From Azolla caroliniana (taxonomy: Eukaryota; Plantae; Polypodiophyta), in assembly GCA_043228905.1 (NCBI GenBank), contig JBHGNT010000005.1, positions 9,362,001 through 9,426,000 on the forward strand: a stretch of 64,000 nt of DNA, in the 5' to 3' direction. The number at the start of each line of letters is the position of its first letter. The stretch's first letter is position 1. Below are positions 38,300 through 50,455 of this stretch, piece after piece. The notes under the pieces are model-generated. The model was not told where the DNA came from. It was given only the letters and a program-made list of their open reading frames with translations, and searched no databases. Both the position numbers and the translations under genes were made by a program.

Positions 38300-40300
38300 A
38301 AAATTCAAGAGTGAAACTTCTCGAACAAAATTGCTATAATACATGCATGCGTCCACCCTAGGCGACATGGCATATTCATCCAGGAATATTTATGAATAGT
38401 GGTTAGGAGTATGTGCCCAATAACCTAGAAGTGAGTGAAGAAGGCGTAACATGTATGGAATGACATGACAATAATATATAAATGAACCTTATGATTTTAA
38501 GGGAATAGTGTCAGTATGGGTTATAAATGAAGTCGACAAACACACTAATTGATCAATATAAAAGTAGATATTGTTCCTTCTTGGTCTTCCACGCTCCCCT
38601 TAACCCCATGTTAGGAGGGTGGAGGTTCACACAACTCCACACTCTAACAAAGAGGATATAGATAGGTCCGTTATGAACTACGAAGTGTCATAAGAGTCAT
38701 GCATTGTGCCTGTATGTAACATGTGGTTGGGGCATGGCCTTATGGTGTGATGACTCCAATAATCTTTAGGTATTTGCATGTAACTAGTTGGAAAGAAGGA
38801 GGATGTTATACTCTTACATGAAGATAAGATTCACAATGGAATTTCACAAGATAAATTCAAATAGTTGCATCGTCTCTAGATTATGAATACCAACTTTATT
38901 TTTACAATTGTAAATCCCAACAAGGTGTGAGTGTCATGTATTACAACCTTAGTAATCATAAATTATCTCTTAAGTTATTTGTGAAATTTGCTACTTGAAC
39001 ATCACATGAAATGCAAAAAATTTACTTTTAATATTTAGTTTTCTAAAGTTATTCAAATGAGCTCAAACATTACAACATTCTCTTAGTAGAGGTGTCACAT
39101 ATAATAGAGGTTTGTTATGTTGAAACAACCATATATGAAGAATGTTTGCATTTGGTAAACACAATAAATTATAAATTACATTATCTACTTAACTGATATA
39201 TGATTAGAATCAAGTGATGATCATGAATCGTGAATAATTGTTGTATATATAATGGGGAACAACCAATTATCCAACATTTTTGACATTAGAGTAGTCATAA
39301 GTTTGCTATTATCAATGGAAGAAACATGGGACACACGTTGGAATGTCATTTGGGACCTCCAAATTCGAAATATGCATTGAAAAGAAAACACACACATGGA
39401 CAAATATGTCGGTAGATATGTGCTTTTGGACATTGGACCACCATCCTTTGGGATGTTGTATTTGGTAAGTATAGGTGACACACTTGTACGATCTCCATTC
39501 ATGACAAATTGAATTCCAAATTGGGACAAGGCTATACAACATATGGAGTGCTATGGAGTAGAATTGGATCAAGACCTCATAATTAAAATGATATTACATC
39601 GTTCCCCTTATAAATGGATCAAGAACCCAAAAAGTCATATTGTATTTGTAAAATACGACTTTACTTTGTCATTTGATCTTGTTTGATGTGGGAAAAAATA
39701 AGCATAAATTGCTTCACTCTTATTACAATGAATTAGTCAATGATTAGGCAATTTTTCTCCCATTGGAGACATAGAATCATTTAATATTGGAACCTAAATA
39801 TTGGGTTCATAACTCAGATACATAGCAAAACTACAACCAACAAGGTAAATTGGTTGGTTCTACACACCCCATGGTTGAAACAACCAACACGTCAATAAAT
39901 TACAAAGTATAGTTAGGTCACACTCTTGTTGGGCAAAGTGGTTAGCGTGAACTTGGCCTACAACTATGCCATTAAAAGGAAAGATGAAGTCCTATGGTGT
40001 TGTGAACTCGAGGTTTTGCCAGTTGGGATAAATCTCTAACGAAGACACATTGCCACGACGAGGAAAATTTGGTTGAGAGAATGGGTTAACCCGCATATGT
40101 AGCCGTTTTTTTTTAGAGAGTTCATTTCAGAAAACAACTTTTGGGTAGATATTCGATCCCTCATATTCGTACTTAGGGTTGGTCGGAGTACATCCACGGG
40201 GTGTTTCTCGATTGGGTAAGATTTTGGGACTATATGTGTATGTGTGTGGGCATCATCACATAAGTAAGGTCCATGGTCTTCACTCCACAATACACATGAT
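38300..40300. mobile_element. Very old Gypsy RNase H / integrase relics
   Basis: WVINEVDK-like motif (+, ~38515) and HPKGW / IWRSQ integrase-like remnants (-, 39250-39560); heavily decayed. Confidence 0.3.
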
Positions 40301-40606
40301 CGGAAGTGAAATCTTTTATCTTACAAGTCATTGATTAAGTGTATAGAAAAGCTATATTTAGTGGTGGTCTCTAAACCACTAAGACGAGGGCAGGGGAGTT
40401 TTTCTTCTAACGAAAAACAGAGGAGTTGTTTGGCCACTCCTCCCTCCCTGAGCCCTCCCTCCCTCCCTCCATGGAAGAAGAAGAAGAAGAAGAAGAAGAA
40501 GAAGAAGAAGAAGGGAGGAGGTAACAGGCTAGAGCAGAGCAGAGCACAAGACAGGACAGGGTAGGACAAGGTTATTTAAAAAATAAAAAACAGAGCATGG
40601 CATGGC

Positions 40607-40664
<58 letters not shown>

Positions 40665-40850
40665 TTCTAGAAAGAAGGACGAGTGGGGGGGGGGGCGGCT
40701 CAGAAAACAAGGCTACACATTTAGTTATGGCTATGGCTATTGCTATTCACATGTCCATGCCTAGTTCTCTGCAATTTGTCTATTATATTCAACCCCACTC
40801 TGTCAGGCAATCAGGAAACACAGTAGAAGAGGAATAAAATCGGATGACAA

Positions 40851-40876
40851 GGTTTAGGGTTTAGGGTTTTAGGGTT
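40851..40876. promoter_or_regulatory. Telomere-like TTTAGGG x3 (telo-box cluster) upstream of HIPP
   Basis: GGTTTAGGGTTTAGGGTTTTAGGGTT about 190 bp before the ATG. Confidence 0.55.
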
Positions 40877-41056
40877 CTGCTTCCATTCCCGCAGACAAAC
40901 AAAGCTTCCCTAACGAAATTTGGAGAGCTTCTAAATCTACCCTATATGTTTTTTTGTCTTATCCTGCAGTTCCCACTCTCTCTTTTTAACTAAACCTCTG
41001 AAAGGTGAAGCTTCCCAATTCCCGTTTCCTCTTGCCCTAAAAACCATTTGGCAGCT

Positions 41057-42421
41057 ATGACACAGGTACTACTGCATCCTGCCTTCCCTTTCGCTGCTCT
41101 CTATTTGCATTTGTTTTCTTTCTCCGCGTTAAAAGATTGAGCAGCAGCTATGGTTCTTCAAACATGTTTCTTTCTCTTTCCTTCTCGCTTTCATTTAACT
41201 CTTCAATTACTCAATTCGCTCAGTTTACCTCTGTCCCTCCTCGTCGCCTCGTGCTTTTTTGTTCTTCCATTTCTCTGCGTTCTGTAATGGTTCAGTTCCC
41301 CACTCTATTTGTGTCTTTTCTTTGCAGACCATAACTCTCAAGGTCTCCATCGACTGTGATGCGTGCAAACGAAAAGTGAAGAAAGCACTCGAGGGAATAC
41401 CAGGTTTGTGTTTACATCTACTGTTCCTCTCATCATCATCATCATCATTGCTTCTTCTGTCAGACCTCTCTCTCTCTCTCTGTGTCTATTCGCTTCATAC
41501 AAGCTTCCATTTTTTCTCTGCTCATTTACAAGTAAATTCGTTTCTGCTGCGGCAAAGTAAAATGGAAGTTAGGAACAAAAGCCAGATGGATACGCCTTTA
41601 GCTGTTTGTTCTGTCGTCGAGTATCAGAAATGTTTGAGTTGCTTGAAATTTGTAAAAGTTCTCATTTGTGTAATCTCTGTAATGTAAGGCGCATTATCTT
41701 ACCTTCGAGGATCTTTCTGTTCTTATGAAGAATATGAGCGTCGTTATGCAGCCTGAGAAGAAAAGGTTTAGTCTTTTAGCGATTCCATTCACTTGTACTC
41801 ACTAAAGAGGATGCGTTGCTTTGTATGGTCTCCATAATCATAGCAAAACCTGATATTCCGATAACAAAATGGATGCTAAATGCGATGGAAACATGGAAAA
41901 TACCTAATAAATTCTCAAGTGGAAGATAGGAAACTGAGTTAGACATGTAAATGTGCAAATGGATTGTGATGCGACACAATAACGTCTTGATCCAATGCGA
42001 TATGAGTGCAGGTGTGGAGACGATCGATATAGACATGAAGAACGAGAGAGTAGTAGTGGTGGGATCAGTGGACCCAAAAATGATAGTGAAGAAGCTTGCG
42101 AAGGTGGGGAAGAAGGTGGAGATGGCAGGAAAAGGAGCAGGGAGAGGAGGAGACCATGGGTATCAGAGTGCCAACGATCACAGCCACGACATGGCCCCTA
42201 ATCATTTCGGGCTGAAAGGGAAAGGAGGGAAGAACAGTACAAGCAAGGGCAATGGTAATAATGGTAATGGCAATGGCGGGAGAGGGAAGCTCGGTGGGGG
42301 GGGATCTGCAGGGACCATCAGTGGCGAAAGTGACGACGATGGTGGACATGAGATTCTGCAGGGAGAGCATTATGCGCACTTCTTCAGCGACGAGAACGCC
42401 AATTCCTGCAGGCTCATGTAA
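41057..42421 (+). CDS. Heavy-metal-associated isoprenylated plant protein (HIPP), 3 coding exons
   Basis: Exons 41057-41065 (MTQ), 41328-41403 (LKVSIDCDACKRKVKKAL, HMA CxxC) and 42012-42421 (Gly/Asn-rich; FSDENANSCRLM* with CaaX). Confidence 0.92.
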
Positions 42422-43275
42422 TGTAGATACCCCCGATATATAAAGATCGAAGCATAATATTCCAAACAAAGATCTATCTTCTGCAGCACTACATAATGAA
42501 ATCATATAGACTCAAGAGTAGCTTAGACTTACATCTATCTATCTATCAATCTCTCTCTCTCTCTCTATATATATATATACACAAATTCCAGACAATCCAG
42601 CGGCCTTAAATTTTGTTGGTTACGTACACGTAAGGCTTCATGTCAATCTTTTGAGCAAGTCCTTTTCTTCTTCTAAGGTCTCTCTCTAGAGTGCCTTTCC
42701 ATGTTGTAGTAGTAGTAGTAGTAGCTATACAATGTTTCGTGTAGAAATATTTCGTCTTGCTGTTTAAATGTGTATCTCATACACATCTCTTTTTGTCCAT
42801 GAGAGAGAGAGAGAGAGAAACGTGCCAGTTCCCTGATTGTCATTACCCCCCCCTTTTGCTTCTTGCATGCATGTGTGATATTCTTGTGACTATACCCAAA
42901 ACATCCTAAATAGCACAGCATAACTTCCTTGGATCCATCAGACTCCTCCCAATGACTTCCATGCGTTTGCGTGTGCCAAAAACCTGTTCATTCATATAAT
43001 ATAGAGGATTGCCCATCATTGAATCTTTAGGAACATGATGATGTTGGCAAAAACGTGTTCAATAATATAATTTAAAGGGTTACCTATCATCGAAATCTTT
43101 GGGAACACGATGACTTTGTCGTAAGTGCTGGAACACGATGATGACTTTGTTGTAGGTGCTGCCAATGCCTATCGTTCATCTGGCATGCATGGCACAAAAC
43201 AAGTTCGATAATAGAACTCTAAAGGAACGACCTTCTTTGAACCTTCATGAGATGAGATTGTTTATGTTTGGATGG

Positions 43276-43482
43276 TGGTGGTGTGCCAGTGTGCCTCGAT
43301 GACAATGCAGGACTGAGACGATGTATGTAACTCCCAAGGCCACAAGCTGCCTTGAGTGGGAGCTGGCCCATGAGACAAATTAGGTTAATATCGTGTGACC
43401 CTATGGGCCACGTATCATCAGATGTTAAATTGCTAAGAATAGACACTACACTTGATCTTAGCCGAAAGGCCTAGAAAGGTAC
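43276..43482 (-). ncRNA. U2: U2 snRNA-like gene (divergent variant or pseudogene)
   Basis: - strand reads GTACCTTTCTAGGCCTTTCGGCTAAGATCAAGTGTAGTGTCTATTCTT versus plant U2 ATACCTTTCTCGGCCTTTTGGCTAAGATCAAGTGTAGTATCTGTTCTT. Stems I, IIb (GTGGCCC/GGGTCAC), III and IV can form; CACGATATTAAC conserved. 3' end approximate. Confidence 0.88.
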
Positions 43483-43507
43483 AAGTCTTCTTAGGCTCGT
43501 GGGTTGG

Positions 43508-43548
43508 TATTTGAAGGCTGCACCCCAACATGCCTTCGTATGTGGGAT
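43508..43548 (-). promoter_or_regulatory. snRNA promoter: USE (ATCCCACATAC, -66 to -56) and TATA-like TTCAAATA (-33 to -26)
   Basis: 9/11 match to the plant USE consensus RTCCCACATCG; 22-bp spacer to the TATA-like box. Confidence 0.7.
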
Positions 43549-44020
43549 ACTCTCTGTGTGTGTACATGAGATAAAAATGTGATGGTTCCATTACACCACC
43601 GTCACTTGTTTTGCTTTTGGTCTTTGTACTCTTTTTACGTCTACATGCACTATAATGGTAGCTTTGTGTCTACTCCAATCAATATCTGAAGAGTACAAAA
43701 ATGGTTGGTTTGATCCTTCAAAGTGGCGAACGCATCTAACCCATTCCGGCAGCAACTATTTATACTGTATGGCACGATCGAGCTTTAATAACATATTTTT
43801 GAGGGTGTATCTCACAATCTTCATGTCAAAGCAACTCCATCCAATTTGTCACAATAACTATTGTTCATTCTTGTACGACATTCAGAAGGAGTTTAATAAC
43901 ATATGATTTAGAGTGTTCTCCTTTGAATCGTCAAAGAGGTCATTCATGTTGTGCAAGAGTGGAGTACGTGTACTACCCGTCAATAACAACACAAGATGGA
44001 GGCGACGCATCCACCTCTCA

Positions 44021-44093
44021 ATGGCTACATTTTAGGTATTAAATTGGAAAGAAGAATATGCTACACTTGATCTTGGGCAAAAGGTGGAGAAAG
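44021..44093 (-). pseudogene. U2: Second, decayed U2 snRNA fragment (about +5 to +75)
   Basis: CTTTCTCCACCTTTTGCCCAAGATCAAGTGTAGCATATT...TTTAATACCTAAAATGTAGCC aligns with the U2 5' domain; cut by the Copia LTR at 44094. Confidence 0.75.
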
Positions 44094-45962
44094 TGTCAAG
44101 CGGGCAAGCTCAACCAGATTCGGATCGGATGTATAAGCAAGAGCCGGATTAGGTATTTGGAATGGAGAATCGGATAGGTATTTGGATATATCGGTATCCG
44201 GAACCTAGAGCCGGACTGGAGAACCATATCGTACTCTAGAATAGTGAGAACCGATATGTCGTTGGAGCCTATGGTCCAAGCCAAGTACGTAGGCATATTC
44301 CTTGGAGTTAGTGTCAGTCGTTCGTATGAGCATTGAAGTATATGTCAGTACTTCTGTCAGTCCTTTTAAGGACTTGTATAAAAAGTGTTCTGATTGAGTT
44401 TACTGTTTCTCTCTCTCTCCGCGTGTATTCATCTTTCCATTGAACCTTTATTCTGTGTTATGTTGTTATCCGAACTAACTGGTTTTGTCTTAGCTTCCGC
44501 ACATTATCTTTACATGGTAGCTAAGTGAGAGGGTTGAGAACCTCTGCAGCCGACGAGTGATTTTCGGAGACATGCCCTAACACCCGGTAGAGAACAAAAA
44601 ACAAAGGTTAGAATGGACAGAGGAATGGATAGCTCGCTCCCGACGGAGAAGCTAAAACAGATCCAACTATGCATCTTGGTCGTACAAGATGCACTAGTAC
44701 CTGCTCGAACATGGTTACTAGAGTTATGTCGACGGAGCTAACGATATGGCACCTTATATGGCACACAGGGACTTCCCGGCTTGGGAACAAGCGGTAAGTA
44801 GGGTAATGTACTGCTTCGCGTCTATTGTCGGTGACCAGCTGCTTAGACATATCCGAGATGCCAAGACGCCAAAAGAAAATTGGGGAAACTTGGAAAAGGT
44901 CTTCACAACAAGCACCACAACCTGGAAGTTGCAACTCTGACAGGAGTTGAGCAATGTCCGATAGAAGGACATGTCGATGGTCGACTACACGACCCGGATC
45001 AAAGACATCAACGATTCACTTGCCTCCATCAACGTGACCGTCGAGGAAGATGAGATGGTGCAGGTTTGTTTGGGGGCCTGGCGTCGAAGTTCGGAGCATT
45101 CTGGATAGCGGTTTGTAAAAGGGAGAATACGCCCTCGTTTTTCGACTTACAGTCGATGTTCCGAGTAGAGGAGAACCACGCGGGTGCGTCAACAAGCACA
45201 CACACCGACAATAAGATGTTGTACATAGAGGTGGATCGACCCAATGCTCGTGGTGGACGAGGTAGATCGGCATGCAGTGGAAGTGGCCGAAAAGAACCGA
45301 ACCAAAGGCACAAGGATGTTGCCAACAATAGTTTCGGACCCTCCAGAAGCAGGGGGAGTCAAAGCGGCGCCGGAAACCGACAAGAGAAGACCGCAACAGA
45401 AATGGATCGAGCCCAACCTTTGTGATGAAACACAAGACTAACTCGATGAAGACAAACACCTCGAAACCGAACGAGGTATGGTACGTTGATTCCGGAGTGT
45501 GAAACCATATGACAAGCCACGATGAGTGGTTTTCTTATCTAGAAAAACCAGAACAACCGGGGGTGGCCAAAACCGGAGACGACACCCCGCATACCATTGA
45601 ACACATCGGTGATGTTCCCCTCAACCATGTCAGGCAGAAGGGAAAGCTTATGAATGTCCTGCATATCCCGACAATCACGAAGAATTTGGTGTCTGTTGGA
45701 CAGATTGTTGACCAAGGGATGCAGGTCCGATTCACACATCTCGAGTGCTTCATTGAAGAAGAAGGCAAAGTCATTGCGCAAGGGTGCCGAGACGGGAGGA
45801 TGTTTATCTTGGAGACGAACGATGTTGGCACCACTATGTTCGCGAAAGGGCAGAAGGTCAAGTCGGAAATCGACTTATGGCATAAGCGGGTCAACCACAT
45901 CAATTTCTGGAAGCTTCAAGATATGCAGTCGAAACATGTTGTTTCTAGATTGCCAAAGTTCA
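44094..45962 (+). mobile_element. Ty1/Copia 5' half: LTR 44094-44514, decayed PBS, gag, protease, GAG-pre-integrase
   Basis: TGTCAAG...TTTACA then TGGTAG; HIRDAKTPKENWGNL; WYVDSG; LHIPTITKNLVSVGQIVD; DLWHKRVNH. Confidence 0.88.
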
Positions 45963-47833
45963 GGCCTTCTTCCTCAATGAAGCACCCGAGGTGCGTGAAC
46001 CGCACTTGCATCCCCTGGTCGACGATCTATCTAATCGACACCAGGTTCTTCGTAATTGTCGGAACATTTAAAACGTTCATCAACATTCCCTTATGTCCGA
46101 TATGACTTAAAGGGACTTCTCCGACATGCACTATCGGGTGAGGAGTGTCATCTCCGGTTTCGACAACTCCTAGTTGCTCCGGCTTTTCTAGAAACGAGAA
46201 CCATTCTTCGTGGTTCGCCACGTGGTTAGATGCTCTGGAGTCAACGTACCACACTTCCTCCAATCTGGAAGTGGTCTGCTTCATCGAGCTCGCCATGTGC
46301 TTCATCACTTCCGGTCTTTCTGGTTTCAGATCCTTTTGATCCTTTGACGTAATGCAAACATTGACGATTCCCTTGTCCGTCTATGCCAGATCCGGATTTA
46401 TCCGAATCTGTGCGCTTCTTCCAGTACTCACTCTCCTAGTGGCCTTTCTTGTCACAATACCGGCATTCCGTGTTGGCCTTCCTCTTGCCGGTTCCCGACG
46501 CCGCCTTGACTCCCCCTGCTTGTGGAGGGTCCGGAACTGCTGTCGGCACCATCTCTATGCCTCCGATTTTGTTCTTGTCGGCCACTACTATTGTGTGCCG
46601 ACCCACCTCGTCCTCCACATCCATGGGGCCGATCCTTCTTCGTGTACAACATCTGACTGTTTGATTGAGTGGTCCTTGACCCACTCGTGTGATTTTCTTC
46701 GACCATGAACATTGACTGCAGGTAGAAAAAGGACGATGGCTTCTCTCAAGTGCAAATTGCCGTCTGGATTGGTCAGTATCGTTGTGCTAGACCACCGAAG
46801 CAGATCTAGACCATCTCGTCTTCGTCCACCGTCACGTTGATGGACTTGAGCGCGTCACAAATCTCCTTGACCTTGGTGGTGTAGTTGGTGACCGACGTGT
46901 CCCGTTGCCGGATATTGTTGAGCTCTTGCTGGAGCTACAACTTCCAAGCCGTGGTACTTGCGGCGAAAATCTTCCAGAGATTTTCCCAGGCCTCCTTCAG
47001 TGACTTTGCGTCTCTGATGTAGCCAAGCATCTGGTCATGCACAGAGGATGCGAAACAATACAACACTTTGCTTGCTCCTTGCTCCCATACGGGGAAATCG
47101 TTGTGTGCCAAATCCGGTGCTGCTTCATTTGCTCCTTCCACGTAGCTCTAGTATCCGTGTCCCAACAAGTACTGGTGCATTTTATACGATTAGGACGCAT
47201 GGTTGCTCCGGTCAAGTTTTTCCGTAGGAAGCGAGCTCGCCATGCTTCTATCCATATCTTCCTTTTGTTCTTTACCGGTGATTAGGGTTTGTCCCTTTCG
47301 AGCAGTTGTCGGCAGCAGAGGTTCTCAACCCTCGCGCTCTGGTACCATGTAAAAGTTAATATGCGGAAGCTTAGATAAACCGGCTTAGCCGGATAACAAC
47401 AATAAAACAGAAATGAAGGTTTAATGGAAGCTTGGGAATACGCAGTACACGAGAGAGACAGAGAGAGCAGAATAGCATAAACTCAATTCAAAATAACAAC
47501 ACTTTGTACATACAAATGTCCTACATAACACTTTTTATACAGGTCCTTAAAGGGACTGACAGAAGTACTGACAAGTACTTCAATGTTCATACAAGCGACT
47601 GACACTAACTCCAAGGAATATGCCTACGTACTTGGCTTGGACCATAGGCTCCAACGACATATCGGTTCTCACTATTCTAGAGTACAATATGGTTCTCCAG
47701 TCCGGCTCTAGGTTCCGGATACCGATATATCCGAACATCAATGACGGTACCTATCCGGTTCTTCGTTCCGGATACCAATCCGGCTCTTGCTTATTCAACC
47801 GATCCGGATCCGGTTGAGCTTGCCCACTAAACA
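45963..47833 (-). mobile_element. Ty1/Copia 5' half of the same family in opposite orientation: LTR 47348-47833, PBS, gag, protease
   Basis: PBS TGGTACCAGAGC at 47347-47336; CRYCDKKGH knuckle; WYVDSRASNH; LTR nearly identical to 44094-44514 over part of its length. Confidence 0.88.
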
Positions 47834-48700
47834 GGATATGAACCCTTCCAAAAGGTACAACAAATCTAATGGCACATATGATGAACGAGATGAACAAAGT
47901 TTTAAGTGATTTCATACCTAAAATCACTGTCATTAAAGGATGATGAGTCTATCAAAGGATGTTTGTGGAAATGCAAGCTATATGTATGATTGTGATAGGA
48001 TTCTTTTAAAACTCAAAGAGGACAATCTCACACTCTCATATTTGAAATCTACTTTTGAGTTCTTGATGTGTTGGTTGGACATATGTGTGGTTATCTCCAA
48101 ATAAGGTTGATGCAATCCAAAAACTTACATAAAGATAAGCACTCCCCATGGACTTGTAGTGTCATCAAAGATTCAAAGAAATATTTTCATGACCACCCTA
48201 ATTTCTCCACTAGATTTCCCACAATGAGCAATTCTTATAATTTCACTAGCCCCAACAACTCTCCGTGATCTACTGAAAGTGATAATGGGGGAAACATAAA
48301 GGTGGCCTATGATCAATTTAAAGAGAAATTAGGTGAGTTGCCCCTGAAAACATAGAGAAGAAACATAGTGCCGTCCTGTATGGTCATTCATGTCGTAAAT
48401 GTGACAAATGAAATGATACAACTTTCGAGAAGTTTGCCAAAGAGGAATCATTTACAAAGTTCATATATAATGCGTGTTCAAAATAGAGGCGAATATGACA
48501 AGAGACACAAGGCAAATAATAGATTATGAAATGAGAGCTAAGGATTGGGATAGGAGGTATTTATATGCATTAACCATTAAATCTAGAGAATCTATTAAAC
48601 CTAAACGCAACCCTATGCGCATAGGAATAGTAACTAATGAAATTCATGGCTGGATATGAGGATGTACAACATGCACATGGGTGTGTGCAATGTGAAGAAA
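47834..48700 (+). mobile_element. Old relic of the fungal-type Gypsy pol
   Basis: MAHMMNEMNKVLSDFIPKIT and LVGHMCG match element B RT (AHMVNAMNKVLRNCIPDIT, VVGHLCG); heavily decayed. Confidence 0.55.
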
Positions 48701-48902
48701 CCATCCTCCTTTAATGATTATGATGAGACAAAGAGAGAGTTAACATCCATGAGAGACTGAAGGCGAGATGAAGCCCTCGACGACAAGGACTGAATTAGGA
48801 TTCTCTCAATTTATGACTTGATGCTACACTGTAAATGCCAAGTCGACAGACAGAGAGGGAGGGTACAACCATAACATCTTTACATGCAAAAAGTGTACAA
48901 CT

Positions 48903-50455
48903 TTAGCTGGTCGAAGTTAGAATGGCTTCCACCCTTTCTAGGGAACCATAAAGATGACCACAATTCATACCAATTATTGGTTCCCCTGTACCCAAACCTC
49001 TGCAAAAAGTAGATATCAATAAAAGAAGTCATCATATATAGAAAAACAAATGATATATAATTTCCTTATTTACAATGCGATGCAGTACAGAACACATACC
49101 CATGTATATCGGGAAGAACATACTCAGCATTCCAAGCAACCTTGAGATCAAATCCAGGACACACTGGCATCATTGTTTTATATCGTATTTGCGATCCTCC
49201 ATTTCCTCCATATATTGATGATAATTTCCAACTCCAACCTGTTGTATGATTTTGAAAATCATGCCCTAGTCCGACCTGTATTCACTAAACACATTAATGT
49301 CTCTATATCATAAGAAAGCTCTGTCCAGAAAACATAAATCAAAGCTTACAAATAATAAGAAATCTGCTTGTTCAATTACATAGCTATCTAGATTTGCAAC
49401 ATGTACAGCGAGCATAGAGTTTATAAAACCAAAAGAGAAGGCATTGATATTTTTATACAGTTCTTCAGTGATAAAGATCATTGTCAACATGATAAATGAA
49501 CAGTCTCTTATCACCTATACTGAGTGGCCACAAGAAACCTTAATGTAACCCTGTTGTTGACCAAGTGGAAACCTAAAGTATAATCCTATTCCTCAAATAT
49601 AAGCTACGATGAGTGATCAGTAGCAACAACCCTAAATTAACATTGTATAGAGAGAACGTATGAAAGATTTACAAATATATATATATATATATATATACAA
49701 CAATTTCCATCAAATTTACAATGTGCTTAACATAGAAAAGATGGCGAGCAGCTTATCAAACCCATGCAAATATAAGATAAAAAAAACCATCAACTGATTC
49801 CATTTGGCTCAAAAAAGTTATCAAACTCGTATAATTCTCTATCCAGCTTGAAGAAGATTTACATGTTCAGAAATTTTCACATCTATTTTTCATAAATGCT
49901 CTCTATGTTAACTTGCATTATAATAGAAGCAAAGGAATTTCACCTGCAAACTCAAGAATGAACCTACAGATATTTTTTTGCTAAGCAATTTTAAGTCCGC
50001 CTGCTTAGGTTCGAACACAATTTTCCATTTCCTGTCCTCTGAAATGGGTTTGAATACCAGTTTTGGATTGCACGAAGGTGATTCTTTGACCTGAAACTGT
50101 GAATAAAAGCACTAGGTTAAGCCCTGACTGCTAATCCATCAAATTTTGCATAGATATTTGAGCACCTTCTAACTTCGCAGATGAATACCTCAAGATTAGC
50201 ACCAATCTGAAAGTCCTCAACATGTTGCCTGAACTTCAAAACACACTCTTTTGGTTTCCAATCAATGCTATATAAATCACTCCAAGATGACGTAGTAGCA
50301 TTTTCAACAGGACCACCAGAGTCAATTCCAGGTGGTCCTCGGTTTGTTATGATAGGCTGAGACTCCAATTTATTGTCATCTGCCTCAAGTCCACCTGATG
50401 ATACTATTCTCCTTGACCTCGATTCTTTAATATAATATGTACTTTGATGCGGCAT
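48903..50455 (-). CDS. Conserved plant protein of unknown function (~230 aa, beta-strand rich), 4 coding exons; probable 5' UTR exon near 51600
   Basis: Exons 50455-50189, 50096-49944, 49275-49100, 48999-48903 join in frame with GT-AG introns: WSDLYSIDWKPKECVLKFRQHVEDFQIGANLE / KLVFKPISEDRKWKIVFEP / GWSWKLSS...PGFDLKVAWNAEYVLPDIHG / GLGTGEPIIGMNCGHLYGSLERVEAILTSTS*. Start codon inferred. Confidence 0.8.

Noticed and set aside
39643-39694. USE-like TTCCCACATCA with TACAAATA 33 bp downstream (- strand)
   Set aside because: The sequence at the predicted +1 resembles no snRNA I recognise and lies among decayed retroelement remnants.
40474-40661. Poly-K and ER-repeat ORFs (also 5001-5237, 17437-17754)
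   Set aside because: Translations of (AAG)n, (GA)n and (TG)n microsatellites.
43030-43165. ATGATGA C-box-like motifs in short direct repeats
   Set aside because: No properly placed CTGA D box or terminal stem; better explained as a local ~30-bp duplication.
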